NCBI GenBank assembly: GCA_949285605.1
Contig: CASDZI010000002.1
Location: forward strand, 14,683 to 78,682
Length of the DNA: 64,000 nt
Source: an uncultured Christensenella sp.
Lineage (GTDB): Bacteria; Bacillota; Clostridia; Christensenellales; DTU072
Direction: 5' to 3'
This document shows, in pieces, positions 28,819-39,396 of the stretch. The notes under the pieces are model-generated. The model had not been told where the DNA came from. It ran no database searches and was given only the letters and a program-made list of their open reading frames with translations. How positions within the stretch are numbered: the first letter of the stretch is position 1; each line of letters begins with the position of its first letter. Made by a program: the position numbers and the translations under genes.

Positions 28819-30106
28819 AACACAGCTCCTTCAGGGCTTCGTAGTAAATGGCGAACATCTTTTCGAAGTCCTCCGTAGATATATATTCGTCGGCGCAATG
28901 CATCCCGTTGTTGCCGCCGGGAAAACACGGTCCGAACGCCACTCCCAAAGGCAGAACTCTCGCATACGTTCCGCCGCCTATGGCTACGGGACGAGCTTTT
29001 TCGCCCGTTACTTTCTCATAAGCGAAAAGCAATTTCTGCACCAACTCGTTTTCCTCGGGAACGTATAAGGGCAGGTGATAAAAGACTTCTTCCACTTCGT
29101 ACGGAAGGGTCTTTTTCAACGCAACCGTGACGTCCTCTTTGGAGATACAATGCGGATAACGGACGTCCACGCTCAGTACCGCCGTCCGTCCTTCGGTGAC
29201 TACGCAACCGGGATTTACCGTGAGCGCTCCGCTTTTTTCGTCGAAAACTTTCAGTCCTATCCCGCTCCCGTCGAAAGAAGCGAAAGCGTCATAAAGAAGT
29301 TTGAAACCTTCGAAAGCGGGCGACAGCGTGCGGAAAAGTTTAACTAATGCGTTTTCCCCTTGTTCGGGGTGACTGCCGTGAGAAGCTTTCCCTTTTTCGC
29401 TCACCGCAATACGCTTCCCTTCGTTAGAATAAGGTATCTTCGCCGTGTCCAGTCTGTCGATAAGAGATCCGTTTTTGGTAAAAAGTATTTTCGCCGAAGC
29501 AGGGACCATATTAGCCCGTTCTCCTGCGGTAAGGGAAATGACGTCGGAGGGAAGCGGTATCTTCACGGTGTGATACACTATCCCCTTTTCGCTGTTGATG
29601 ACGGGGAAATCTCCGTCGGGAGAAAATCCTTTTTGCGGCATTTCCTCTCTTTCGGCGTATCTGTCCATACACTTCCAACCGCTCTCTTCGTCGCACCCTA
29701 CTATAAAACGCAGTCTTTTTATGGGCTTGTATCCTTCGTCGAGTAACTTCACCGCCGCAAAAAACGCCGCGCAGAAAGGTCCCTTGTCGTCCATCGTCCC
29801 CCTGCCGTATATCTTCCCGTCCTCCGTTTCGGCTCCGAAGGGGTCGTGGCTCCAACCCTCGCCTACGGGTACCACGTCAAGGTGCGTAAGGACCCCAAAC
29901 AACTCTCCTTCGCCTATTTCGCCGTATCCGTAATACCCTTCGCCGTCCACCGTGCGGAAGGAGAGCGAACGCATTTTTTCAAGCGTTACGGCAAGGCACT
30001 CGGCTACTCCTCGCCCGAACGGCGCACCGTCGACAGGGGCGCTTTCCACGCTGTTTATCGCCACTATTTTTTTAAGAAACTCTTTTGCTTCGGATATTCT
30101 GTCCAT
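28808..30106 (-). CDS. pepV: M20 family dipeptidase (PepV/Sapep)
   Basis: HLDVVP, GRGTMDDKGP, DEESG, GGGTYAR. Confidence 0.85.
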   Translation of the reverse strand: MDRISEAKEFLKKIVAINSVESAPVDGAPFGRGVAECLAVTLEKMRSLSFRTVDGEGYYGYGEIGEGELFGVLTHLDVVPVGEGWSHDPFGAETEDGKIYGRGTMDDKGPFCAAFFAAVKLLDEGYKPIKRLRFIVGCDEESGWKCMDRYAEREEMPQKGFSPDGDFPVINSEKGIVYHTVKIPLPSDVISLTAGERANMVPASAKILFTKNGSLIDRLDTAKIPYSNEGKRIAVSEKGKASHGSHPEQGENALVKLFRTLSPAFEGFKLLYDAFASFDGSGIGLKVFDEKSGALTVNPGCVVTEGRTAVLSVDVRYPHCISKEDVTVALKKTLPYEVEEVFYHLPLYVPEENELVQKLLFAYEKVTGEKARPVAIGGGTYARVLPLGVAFGPCFPGGNNGMHCADEYISTEDFEKMFAIYYEALKELCFAK

Positions 30107-30222
30107 TTTCCCTCCTTGTTTTTGCGGAGAATAATATTATAAGTTACTATTTTATTATACACTATCGCCATAAAGTGTGGTACAATAATTTAACCGATAA
30201 AAAAATATTTTGGAGCCGATTT

Positions 30223-31671
30223 ATGAAAGTACGCACTCGTTTCGCCCCCAGTCCCACGGGATTTATGCACATAGGCAATCTCCGTACCGCCCTTTACGCT
30301 TACCTTTACGCCAAGCACTACGACGGCGATTTTATCCTTCGTATCGAAGACACCGATACCGCCCGTTTCGTGGAAGGAGCGGTGGATCTCATCTATTCCA
30401 CCCTGCAAAAAAGCGGTATCGTTCACGACGAGGGTCCCGACAAGGACGGCGGTTACGGTCCTTACGTTCAGAGCGAACGGAAAGACATTTACCGCAAATA
30501 CGCCGAACTGTTAGTGGAAAGAGGGGGAGCGTATTACTGTTTCTGCACGCCCGAAAGACTGGAAACTCTCAAAGACGAAAACGGCGTGACCCGTTACGAC
30601 AAACATTGCCTTTCCCTTTCCAAAGAGGAAGTCGCTCGCCGTATAGCGGCGGGAGAAAGCTACGTCATAAGACAGAACATTCCCACCGAAGGCGTGAGCG
30701 AATACGAAGATATGGTCTTCGGCAAGATCAGCGTCCCCAACTCCGATATGGAAGACGGGATACTCCTGAAAAGCGACGGTATGCCCACCTACAATTTCGC
30801 AAACGTCGTGGACGACCACCTTATGGAAATAAGCCACGTCATAAGGGGTACGGAGTATCTTTCCAGCACGCCGAAATATAACCTTATGTACGACGCATTC
30901 GGCTGGAAAAGACCCGAATATATCCACCTGCCGCCCATTATGAAGGACGCCCACAGGAAACTCAGTAAGCGTTACGGCGACGCAAACTTCGAAGATTTTT
31001 ACGAAAAGGGTTATCTGCCCGAAGCTATAGTCAACTACATAGCCTTACTGGGCTGGTCGCCTAAGGACAACGAAGAAAAAATGACTCTTGCCCGCCTCAT
31101 CGAACTTTTCGACGTGGACAACGTGAGTAAATCGGGTTCCATTTTCGACGAAACCAAAATGCGGTGGCTGAACGGTCTTTATCTCAAGGAAAAGACCGAC
31201 GAAGAGTTCACCGCCCTCGCCCGTCCTTTCTACGACAAGAGCGCCATAAGCGGAAAATACGACTACGACAAGTTCTCGGCTTTGTTGAAAACCCGAGTGG
31301 AGATCCTTTCCGAAGTTATAGACGCAGTCGCTTTCATAGAAGAATTCGGCGAATACGACCTTGCCCTTTACCAACACAAGAAGATGAAAACCGACGAAAA
31401 GACGGGACTTATCGCAGTCAAGGCGGCAATAGACGCCCTGGAAAAAGTCGATCCCTTCACTTCGGAAAACATACACGAAGCGTTGATAGCCTGCGGAGAA
31501 AACCGCGGACTGAAAAAAGGACAGATACTGTTCTCCGTCCGCCTTGCCCTTACGGGTAAAGCTTCCACCCCAGGAGGAGCCACCGAAATGGCGGACATAC
31601 TCGGCAAAGAGGAAAGTTTACGCCGTCTGCGCTTTTCCGAAAGCCTGTTGGAAAAATTCCTTTCGGAATGA
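30223..31671 (+). CDS. gltX: Glutamate--tRNA ligase
   Basis: VRTRFAPSPTG, HIGN, LRIEDTD, KLSKR. Confidence 0.96.
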   Translation: MKVRTRFAPSPTGFMHIGNLRTALYAYLYAKHYDGDFILRIEDTDTARFVEGAVDLIYSTLQKSGIVHDEGPDKDGGYGPYVQSERKDIYRKYAELLVERGGAYYCFCTPERLETLKDENGVTRYDKHCLSLSKEEVARRIAAGESYVIRQNIPTEGVSEYEDMVFGKISVPNSDMEDGILLKSDGMPTYNFANVVDDHLMEISHVIRGTEYLSSTPKYNLMYDAFGWKRPEYIHLPPIMKDAHRKLSKRYGDANFEDFYEKGYLPEAIVNYIALLGWSPKDNEEKMTLARLIELFDVDNVSKSGSIFDETKMRWLNGLYLKEKTDEEFTALARPFYDKSAISGKYDYDKFSALLKTRVEILSEVIDAVAFIEEFGEYDLALYQHKKMKTDEKTGLIAVKAAIDALEKVDPFTSENIHEALIACGENRGLKKGQILFSVRLALTGKASTPGGATEMADILGKEESLRRLRFSESLLEKFLSE

Positions 31672-32294
31672 GAACCTGTCATATTTTCGGTGCGGGAGAA
31701 TATTGTGTCCCCTCTTTTGAGAAAAAGGACGGGGATATGGTCATAGCCGCCGACGCAGGGTACGAGTATCTCAAAAAACTCGACGTCAAACCCGATTTTT
31801 GCGTGGGCGACTTCGATTCCCTCGGATACGTCCCCGAAGAAACCAATCTGCTGAAGCTAAATTGCATAAAAGACTACACCGACACCGAAGAAGCCATAGT
31901 TTTGGGACTGGAAAAAGGCTGTACGGACTTCCGTCTGTATTGCTGCACGGGAGGGTACCTGTCCCACACCGTAGCCAACGCCCAGTGTCTTGTCTCCCTC
32001 GCCCGTCAAGGTAAACGCAATCTGATGTACGGCGTAAAGGAAAACCTGACCGCCGTAAGCTGCGGAAGTATACTTCTGAAAGGACAAAAGGGACGGTTTT
32101 CCGTCTTTGCCTGCGGAAAAGCGGAGGGCGTCACGGTAAAAAACGCTTTCTACCCTCTCGAGGATGCGACTTTGACCGACGACCGTCCCATAGGAGTAAG
32201 TAACGAACTTATCGCTTCTCCCGTAGTTATCTCCGTCAAAAACGGCACGCTTTTAATCCTTTACGACAACGCCCTGGATATAGAGTTTCTCTGA
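31668..32294 (+). CDS. thiN: Thiamine diphosphokinase
   Basis: IAADAG, GDFDS, KDYTD, GVSNE. Confidence 0.88.
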   Translation: MRTCHIFGAGEYCVPSFEKKDGDMVIAADAGYEYLKKLDVKPDFCVGDFDSLGYVPEETNLLKLNCIKDYTDTEEAIVLGLEKGCTDFRLYCCTGGYLSHTVANAQCLVSLARQGKRNLMYGVKENLTAVSCGSILLKGQKGRFSVFACGKAEGVTVKNAFYPLEDATLTDDRPIGVSNELIASPVVISVKNGTLLILYDNALDIEFL

Positions 32295-32330
32295 AAAAAG
32301 TTCCGTCTTTTCGGCGGAACTTCTTTTTTT
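32295..32330. terminator. Bidirectional terminator
   Basis: AAGTTCCG...CGGAACTT flanked by A/T tracts. Confidence 0.75.
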
Positions 32331-32337
32331 ATTAAAA

Positions 32338-33642
32338 TTATTCTCCTTTAGATCTTTTTTTCTTTCTTATAAATCCGAACAGCGCTATTCCGCCGGCAAC
32401 GAGCGCAACGCCGCCCGTTATCGACACGGCGATTATTTCCCTCGTAGTCATAAAGGGTTCGGTCTTGGAAGGCGTCGGCGTGGTATTTTCTTTTATGTCG
32501 GACTCGAAAACCACCTTTACCGTAACGTCGGTTTCAGGCATTACGAAAGTAAGTTTACTGCCCGTAAAATCGGTGACCACGGCTCTGCCGTCGGCCGATA
32601 CCAAAACGTATTTTATGGAATAACCGTCCTTTATCCCGTCGAAAATTATCTCCACTATGTCTCCTGCCTTGTAACTTTCCTCGCAATCGTACTCGGCGTA
32701 AGCGCATTCCACGGTCACGGAATATTCTTTCGGCAAAGGAATCTCTTCGGGGTTTTCTTCAAGCTCTTCTTTCGCATAGATAATCATATCGTCCTCGGGG
32801 AATATCGGAAAAACGACTTCGCTCCCGTCTGCGTAAAGGAAAACTTTTCCGTCGGTGACTTTGTCGGAAGAAAGATATCCTCCTACCTCGACGTAAATAT
32901 TCCTCTCCGTGCCGTCGGAGACGGTAATTCGGTAATATACCCTTTCGTAAACGGAAAAATATTCTCCTTCGGCGGTTATTTTCCCCGAAGCAACGCCTTC
33001 GCTATCTACGAAACCGACAAAACGGTGGGTATCGGTATCTGTCTTTTCCGTCAGAGTTCCGCCGTAAAGGACGGAAACGCTTTCCCCGTCCACGGTGACG
33101 TTAAGAAAATAATCGGTAAACAACGGATAAAGGGTAATACTTTCTTCTATCGGCGACGAAACGTATTCTTCGGAAAATTCGGGATCGGTAAACCATTTGT
33201 CCACGGTGTACCCGAACACGCTGTCGTGCAAAACGGGGATCTCTCCGTAAAAAGCCGAAAGGGTAGTCGTTTCGTCGGCAACTTTTACCGTTATCGTTTC
33301 GGTTTTTCTTTCCTTTTTCCCGTAAAAATAAATCCTACCGTCCGACGAGTCGGAAAGCTCGACGGTATAAGGATAAACAACGGGACGGGTAAATTCTTCG
33401 TCGAAGTACCATTCCACGTAATAGCCCTCTCCTGCCGTTTCGTCTTCCAGTCCGGACGACAAGACAGTCCCTTCCCTCACGAAAGATATTTCCGATACCG
33501 TCACGCCCTCTCTTTCATAGACGAGAGTAAGGAGGTTTTCGGCAAAAGCCGCCTCCGCAGAAAGAACGGTCAGGCAGACGGTTGACGCAAAAATAAAGAA
33601 TACCGCAATTAAAACCGCTATGAGTCGGGGGAAAGTTCTCAT
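32338..33642 (-). CDS. Surface protein with InlB B-repeat-like units and C-terminal TM anchor
   Basis: Signal-like N-terminus, WYFDEEFT and WFTDPEFS units, FVMPETDVTV domain, TM helix plus basic tail; ATG 33642. Confidence 0.7.
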   Translation of the reverse strand: MRTFPRLIAVLIAVFFIFASTVCLTVLSAEAAFAENLLTLVYEREGVTVSEISFVREGTVLSSGLEDETAGEGYYVEWYFDEEFTRPVVYPYTVELSDSSDGRIYFYGKKERKTETITVKVADETTTLSAFYGEIPVLHDSVFGYTVDKWFTDPEFSEEYVSSPIEESITLYPLFTDYFLNVTVDGESVSVLYGGTLTEKTDTDTHRFVGFVDSEGVASGKITAEGEYFSVYERVYYRITVSDGTERNIYVEVGGYLSSDKVTDGKVFLYADGSEVVFPIFPEDDMIIYAKEELEENPEEIPLPKEYSVTVECAYAEYDCEESYKAGDIVEIIFDGIKDGYSIKYVLVSADGRAVVTDFTGSKLTFVMPETDVTVKVVFESDIKENTTPTPSKTEPFMTTREIIAVSITGGVALVAGGIALFGFIRKKKRSKGE

Positions 33643-33727
33643 ACGACAAATTTTACCATATTCCGACAACGGTTTTCAATAAAGTAATAAAAAAAGCCGC
33701 CTCCCTTTCGGGAAACGGCGACGGAAT

Positions 33728-35806
33728 TCAACAAACGCTGAAAAGAATATCTCCGTAAGACGGATACGGCCAGTATTCCTTTGCGGTGGAAAGTTCCATT
33801 TCGTCGGCTATCGCTCTCAAGCCTTTCATCTCGGGAATGACCCTGTCTCTGTAACAGAAAGCTCCCCTTTCGCCGTTTCCGAAAGAAAACGCTTCCTGCA
33901 TCGCTATCTCCAAGGACGCCAGCTTCTTGATGCCGGCATTGTATAAAGCGTTGAGTTTCTCCATCAGGGAGACGTTCATTTCCAATCCGGCATTCTTCAA
34001 CGCCACGTCCGTTTCGGCGAGGTCTTTAAGATAAGCCGATACCGCAGGAAGGATCCCCCTCTTCATCATATCCACCATCGTAAGCGTCTCTATCCGCAAT
34101 ATCTTGCAATAGTTTTCGGTGTAAATTTCCTGCCTGGAAGTTATCTCCTCTTTGGTGAAAACCTTGTGCCGAGCAAAAAGTTTTACGTTCTTTTCCGCAG
34201 TCAGAAGGGGTAGGGCGTCCGCCGTGGAACGTAAGTTAAGGAGTCCCCTTGTTCTCGCTTCGGTTACCCATTCCTCGGAATAATTGTTTCCGTTGAAAAT
34301 TATCTGCTTGTGCTCGCGCATAGTGCGGCGGACGATTTCGTTCACGGCTTTGGCCAAATTTTCGCATCCTTCAAGTTCGTCGGCGAACTGCCTTAACTCC
34401 TCTGCGACTATGGTATTGAGAATGGTGTTTATCCCTGCGATACTGAACGTGGAACCGGGCATTCTGAATTCGAATTTGTTCCCCGTGAAGGCAAAGGGCG
34501 AAGTACGGTTCCTGTCGGTGGCGTCCTGCGGAAGTTTGGGCAGGACGTGCACGCCTATCTCCACGTTGCATTTAGCCCGTTTGGAATAGGTCCGCTCTTC
34601 CTCTATCGCCGAAAGTATGCCGGTAAGCTCGTCTCCGAGGAACATACTGACTATCGCCGGAGGCGCTTCGTTGGCTCCCAGACGGTGGTCGTTGCCCGCA
34701 CTCGCTACCGAAATACGCAAAAGGTCCTGATACTCGTCCACCGCTTTGATGACCGCCGCAAGGAACAGTAAAAACTGTGCGTTTTCCGAGGGACTTTTCC
34801 CCGGTTCGAAAAGATTTTTTCCGGTGTCGGTGGAAAGGGACCAGTTATTGTGTTTGCCGCTGCCGTTGACGAAAGCGAAGGGTTTTTCGTGCAGCAGACA
34901 GACCATTCCGTGCTTTAACGCCACTTTTTTCATCATTTCCATAGTGAGCTGATTGTGGTCGGTGGCAAGTCCCACGGGACAATATATGGGCGCAAGTTCG
35001 TGCTGAGCGGGCGCCACTTCGTTGTGTTTGGTTTTGGCGAATATCCCCAGTTTCCAGAGCTCCTCGTCGAGGTCTTTCATATATTTGACCACACGGGTCT
35101 TTATAGCTCCGAAATAGTGGTCGTCCAGCTCCTGCCCTTTGGGCGGTCTGGCGCCGAAAAGCGTCCTGCCCGTGAACACGAGATCGGGACGGGCGTCGAA
35201 CATCGCTTTGTCTATCAGGAAATATTCCTGTTCCGGTCCGGCGGTGGAAACGACCCTCTTTACGTCGGTCTGTCCGAAGAAAGCGAGTATCCTGAGAGCC
35301 TGGCGGTTGATGGCTTCCATACTTCTCAAAAGCGGCGTTTTCTTGTCCAACGCCTGCCCGTTATAGCTGCAGAAAGCCGTGGGAATACAGAGTATTCCGT
35401 CCTTTATGAAAGCGTAACTCGTCGGATCCCAGGCGGTGTACCCTCTGGCTTCGAAAGTTGCCCTCAGTCCTCCCGAGGGAAAGCTGGAAGCGTCCGACTC
35501 TCCTTTTATGAGCTCCTTCCCCGAAAATTCCATAATGACGCCGCCGTCGGCGGTAGGCGTTATGAAGCTGTCGTGTTTTTCGGCGGTTATGCCAGTCATG
35601 GGCTGGAACCAGTGCGTATAATGCGTAACTCCGTGTTCTATTGCCCAGTCCTTCATTGCGTTGGCGACCACGTTGGCAAGTTCCAACGACAGACTTTCGT
35701 CCTCGGCTATGCATTTTTTGAGTGCTTTGTAAATTTCGGCAGGCAACCTCTCCTTCATCACGTTGTCGCTGAAAACCAGACTTCCGAACATTTCCGTGGT
35801 AGTCAT
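33728..35806 (-). CDS. Glutamine synthetase type III
   Basis: [48 protein letters not shown]. Confidence 0.95.
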   Translation of the reverse strand: MTTTEMFGSLVFSDNVMKERLPAEIYKALKKCIAEDESLSLELANVVANAMKDWAIEHGVTHYTHWFQPMTGITAEKHDSFITPTADGGVIMEFSGKELIKGESDASSFPSGGLRATFEARGYTAWDPTSYAFIKDGILCIPTAFCSYNGQALDKKTPLLRSMEAINRQALRILAFFGQTDVKRVVSTAGPEQEYFLIDKAMFDARPDLVFTGRTLFGARPPKGQELDDHYFGAIKTRVVKYMKDLDEELWKLGIFAKTKHNEVAPAQHELAPIYCPVGLATDHNQLTMEMMKKVALKHGMVCLLHEKPFAFVNGSGKHNNWSLSTDTGKNLFEPGKSPSENAQFLLFLAAVIKAVDEYQDLLRISVASAGNDHRLGANEAPPAIVSMFLGDELTGILSAIEEERTYSKRAKCNVEIGVHVLPKLPQDATDRNRTSPFAFTGNKFEFRMPGSTFSIAGINTILNTIVAEELRQFADELEGCENLAKAVNEIVRRTMREHKQIIFNGNNYSEEWVTEARTRGLLNLRSTADALPLLTAEKNVKLFARHKVFTKEEITSRQEIYTENYCKILRIETLTMVDMMKRGILPAVSAYLKDLAETDVALKNAGLEMNVSLMEKLNALYNAGIKKLASLEIAMQEAFSFGNGERGAFCYRDRVIPEMKGLRAIADEMELSTAKEYWPYPSYGDILFSVC

Positions 35807-35859
35807 ATTAGCCTCCTTTTATCGAAAAACGCCGCAACAATGAATTGCGACGCAGGTTT

Positions 35860-36648
35860 TTAACAATATTTTCTCAAGTCGTTCACGCTGTCCAGAACGT
35901 AATCGGGTTTGGTGTCGGACTTGAAAAGCATTTCCGGAGTGGTCTCCCCCGTCAGTACCAGCACGCTGGTCATTCCGTTGTTGAGCCCGAACTTTATATC
36001 GGTGTAAAGACGGTCGCCCACGAAAGCGCAATCCTTGGGAGACGCCGAACAATGATCGAACACGAATTCCGCCATGGGCGAACAGGGTTTACCTATGACC
36101 ACGTCGGGACGGTGTCCGTTGGTGGCGTAGATAAGTTCCATAAACGCTCCTGCGTCGGGCATATCCCCCTTGTCCGACGGACAGACGAGGTCGGGGTGGG
36201 TGGCTATGTAAACGCTCCCCGCCGTAATGAGGTTGGTGGCGTGGAAGAGTTTTTCGTAAGTAAGTTCGGTATCGAACGCAAGAATAACTATATCCGCAGG
36301 TTCGCCTATTTCCTTGACTTCTATCCCGTAGTCGGCAAATTCCTGTTTCAGACAGTCGGTGCCGAGGACGTAAGCGGATTTGTAAGGATAATGACGGTTT
36401 ATGTACTGGGCGGTAGCCATTCCGCTGGTCACTATCTGCTCCATGGCGGCGTCGTAGCCCATTCTGTGTATTTTTTCGAGGTAATCGTATTTGGATCGGG
36501 AGGAATTGTTGGTGACGAAGCAGACCTGTCTGCCGCTGTCGGTCAGTATTTTCAAAGTTTCCATCGCTCCGTCTAAAGGCACGTCGCCCATATTGAGAGT
36601 TCCGTCCATATCGAACAAAAATACTTTTACGTCTCTTAGATCAACCAT
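35860..36648 (-). CDS. HAD-IIA family phosphatase (NagD/AraL-like)
   Basis: FDMDGT, VTNNS, IGKP, GDRLYTDI. Confidence 0.9.
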   Translation of the reverse strand: MVDLRDVKVFLFDMDGTLNMGDVPLDGAMETLKILTDSGRQVCFVTNNSSRSKYDYLEKIHRMGYDAAMEQIVTSGMATAQYINRHYPYKSAYVLGTDCLKQEFADYGIEVKEIGEPADIVILAFDTELTYEKLFHATNLITAGSVYIATHPDLVCPSDKGDMPDAGAFMELIYATNGHRPDVVIGKPCSPMAEFVFDHCSASPKDCAFVGDRLYTDIKFGLNNGMTSVLVLTGETTPEMLFKSDTKPDYVLDSVNDLRKYC

Positions 36649-37603
36649 ATCCTATTATTCCTTCGGGGATCCCCCTGTTGTATATTTCCGCAAAAAGCGG
36701 ATTATCTGCGTTTACCGCCTCCGAAAAGGCCTTCGTTATTTCCTTTTTAGCCGCTCCGCCGAAACGGAAACCCACCTTGGCAAAAATATTTTTCAGCTCC
36801 TCTCTCGTCAGCAAAAGATCCTTTTCGCCGTAACGGGGACGGGCGTCGGTAACGACTTCGGGAACAAGTTTTTCCGCAGGTATAAGCATATCACGAAAAT
36901 TCCATTTTGTAAACAAAATAAGCAATCTATGGAAATAATATGCCGCATTCAGGTAGTTTTCCGTACCGCCGCCCAGCCGCCTTGCGGTTTCGGAGACGGT
37001 AAAAGAGGCAACGGAGCGATCTTTCAATCTTTCCGCCGTCAATGCAACCAATCGCAGACAACTGCGGACGTACTCCTCTCTGTCTTCGTTCCCGAAAAGG
37101 ACCTTCTTGGTGCCGAGCAACAACCCTTCCAACGCTTTGTCTTTGAAAATCCCCCCTTTATCCTTGTAGTAAACGGCAAGAGCTTCGGTAAAAATCGCCG
37201 CAACGCAGGCAAAACAATTCAAAGCGGCTTTTTCCGACGACGGACGGAATATCGACGTGTCTATGAAACAGAATTCCGCAAAGACGCCGTTATACGGCAT
37301 AAAGAGTTCCGGGAAAACAAAATCCGGGAAAAAAGCGTATCGTCCTTTTGCCAGTCTTTTTGCCGCAAAACAGGCTTTTTCTCCCCCCAAAGCCACGGTA
37401 AAACCGCTTTTCTTGAAATCGCCTTTCCCCGCTTCGAGCAGGTCCGCTTTGTAACCTTCGAGAGTAAGAAGACGGCAAAACTCCTCCCCCTTCTCCCTGT
37501 CCTCGTAAAACACGTTCACGTTGCCTGCCTGATAAAGCGCAGACAGTACTCTTATCCCCGACGACGTGTCTTCTCCGAAATTAAGGTTGGTTCTCGTTCG
37601 CAT
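36641..37603 (-). CDS. Hypothetical protein, degenerate glycerol-1-phosphate dehydrogenase/DHQS-like fold
   Basis: GAGGTG RBS before ATG 37603; VALGG...AAK and FIDTSIF segments in G1PDH-like order; overlaps the HAD start. Confidence 0.55.
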   Translation of the reverse strand: MRTRTNLNFGEDTSSGIRVLSALYQAGNVNVFYEDREKGEEFCRLLTLEGYKADLLEAGKGDFKKSGFTVALGGEKACFAAKRLAKGRYAFFPDFVFPELFMPYNGVFAEFCFIDTSIFRPSSEKAALNCFACVAAIFTEALAVYYKDKGGIFKDKALEGLLLGTKKVLFGNEDREEYVRSCLRLVALTAERLKDRSVASFTVSETARRLGGGTENYLNAAYYFHRLLILFTKWNFRDMLIPAEKLVPEVVTDARPRYGEKDLLLTREELKNIFAKVGFRFGGAAKKEITKAFSEAVNADNPLFAEIYNRGIPEGIIGYG

Positions 37604-37742
37604 AATCACCTCTTCGAATCTCGTTCTTTTCAAGATATTGTAACCCTTTCGAAAAGTTTTAATTCGGGAAATTAACGCTGATTTTGACGAATAGTAACCT
37701 CCGCTTATAATAATTAAACAATAATTACCATATACTACGTTT

Positions 37743-38849
37743 ATGAAAAAACCTCTTTCCTTTCCGATAAAACTCCTCTTGGTCGCTTTAGCGGCGTTCG
37801 TGGTATTCAATTACGGATTTTTCAGGGAAATATTCGGAAAGATAAACGAGGCGATGCAACCGATTTTCATCGGGATAACCCTTGCGCTCATAATGAACGT
37901 CCCGGCGGAATTTTTCGAAAAAAAGCTGTTTGCCAAGCTCAAGAAAGATAAACTTCGCAAGGCGTTGAGTTTAGCTCTGTCGGTCCTGATACTCGCAGGG
38001 GTGGCAGCCCTTGTGTTCGGGCTTGCCGTTCCCGCAGGGGTGGAAAGCGTAAAGGGGATATTTTCTTCGAAAAACGATTCTTCTCCCTTCGATAAACTCG
38101 CAAATACAAGCGCTTTTATGAATTTTCTCGTAACTCAAGGGAGAGTTCTGTACGAGAATTTCGCCTCGAAAATCTCCGACTATATGCCGCAAATGCTGGA
38201 TATAGCCAAAAACGTGTTCAAAATAGCCGCCAATATCCTCCTCGGACTCGGGATAGCGATAATGCTCCTCGCCAACAAGACCGCCCTCAAAAATCAGGCG
38301 TCCAAACTCTTCGGATTTTTGCTTAAAGGTAAAAACACCGAGAAAATCACCGAAATAGCCGATATCGCCGTGTCGAAATTTTCCCGTTACCTCGGCGGAC
38401 AAGTGCTGGAAGCGGTCATACTCGGCTCGGTCTGTTATCTGTGTATGCTGATTTTAAGGCTGCCCTATGCAGCTCTCATCTCCCTCGTCATCGGGTTTTC
38501 CAACCTGATACCCATCGTAGGCGCCTACGTCGGAGGGGGACTGAGCGCATTGCTCGTCTTTTCGGTAAGTCCCGCCAAAGCCGTGGTATTTATTATATTT
38601 ATTCTTATTCTGCAACAGGTGGAATCCTTCACCACCTATCCGGTAATAGTGGGAAAATACGTCGGTCTGAACGGTTTCTGGATAATGGTCTCCATCGTCC
38701 TGTGGGGCGGTTTGCTGGGCTTTTGGGGCGTTTTCCTCGGGGTGCCCTTTACGGCGTTTCTTCACGACCTTCTGGGCAGCTTCATCGCTCAGAAAAACAA
38801 TCTTCCCGCCTTGCCGCCTTCCCGTTCCGACGAGCCGAAACCCACTTAA
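37743..38849 (+). CDS. AI-2E family membrane protein
   Basis: Multiple TM segments, NLIPIVG, YPVIVG, WGGLLGFWGVFLGVP. Confidence 0.88.
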   Translation: MKKPLSFPIKLLLVALAAFVVFNYGFFREIFGKINEAMQPIFIGITLALIMNVPAEFFEKKLFAKLKKDKLRKALSLALSVLILAGVAALVFGLAVPAGVESVKGIFSSKNDSSPFDKLANTSAFMNFLVTQGRVLYENFASKISDYMPQMLDIAKNVFKIAANILLGLGIAIMLLANKTALKNQASKLFGFLLKGKNTEKITEIADIAVSKFSRYLGGQVLEAVILGSVCYLCMLILRLPYAALISLVIGFSNLIPIVGAYVGGGLSALLVFSVSPAKAVVFIIFILILQQVESFTTYPVIVGKYVGLNGFWIMVSIVLWGGLLGFWGVFLGVPFTAFLHDLLGSFIAQKNNLPALPPSRSDEPKPT

Positions 38850-38934
38850 AAATCCGGTAATGTATTTATGTAATAAAATTATTATATTTGAACCTTTTAA
38901 TTTATAATAAGGGCGTTGTCGCCCGAGTAAAAAA

Positions 38935-39333
38935 TCAGCCGCCGCAGAATTTTCTTCCGAACACGGGACAGAGCCTTTTCGCTTCGTCGCAGGCTTTTTT
39001 CAATTCGGATACGCCGTACGCTTCTCCTTGCCTTATATAGCTTCTGGAAGGGTTGTTTCCGAAAACCATTATTACCCCGTCGCAGGCAAAGCTCAAAGCA
39101 AGCCGCACCGCTTCCACGACGTCGGGCGCCTCGCTCTTCAGAAGAAAAACCACCCCTTCCTCGCTTTCCGCACTTTTCCCCTTTACCGTTAATTTACGTA
39201 AAGGAAAACGCTTCGCTTCCTCCTCGGTCAGGAAGGCGGCTCCGCTTGAGGCAGAAACTCTCGCGCCTTCTTCTATCTGTCCGACTCCCTCTTCCTTATA
39301 AAGTTTCGAAAAAAAGTAAAAAGGTCTGTTCAA
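38935..39333 (-). CDS. Hypothetical protein
   Basis: AAGGAG RBS before TTG 39333; fills the intergenic space; no recognisable family. Confidence 0.5.
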   Translation of the reverse strand: MNRPFYFFSKLYKEEGVGQIEEGARVSASSGAAFLTEEEAKRFPLRKLTVKGKSAESEEGVVFLLKSEAPDVVEAVRLALSFACDGVIMVFGNNPSRSYIRQGEAYGVSELKKACDEAKRLCPVFGRKFCGG

Positions 39334-39396
39334 AACCGTCTCCTTTCCATAAAACAAGCCGACCGAAGTCGGCTTGTATCGGTTTTTATTATGCGT

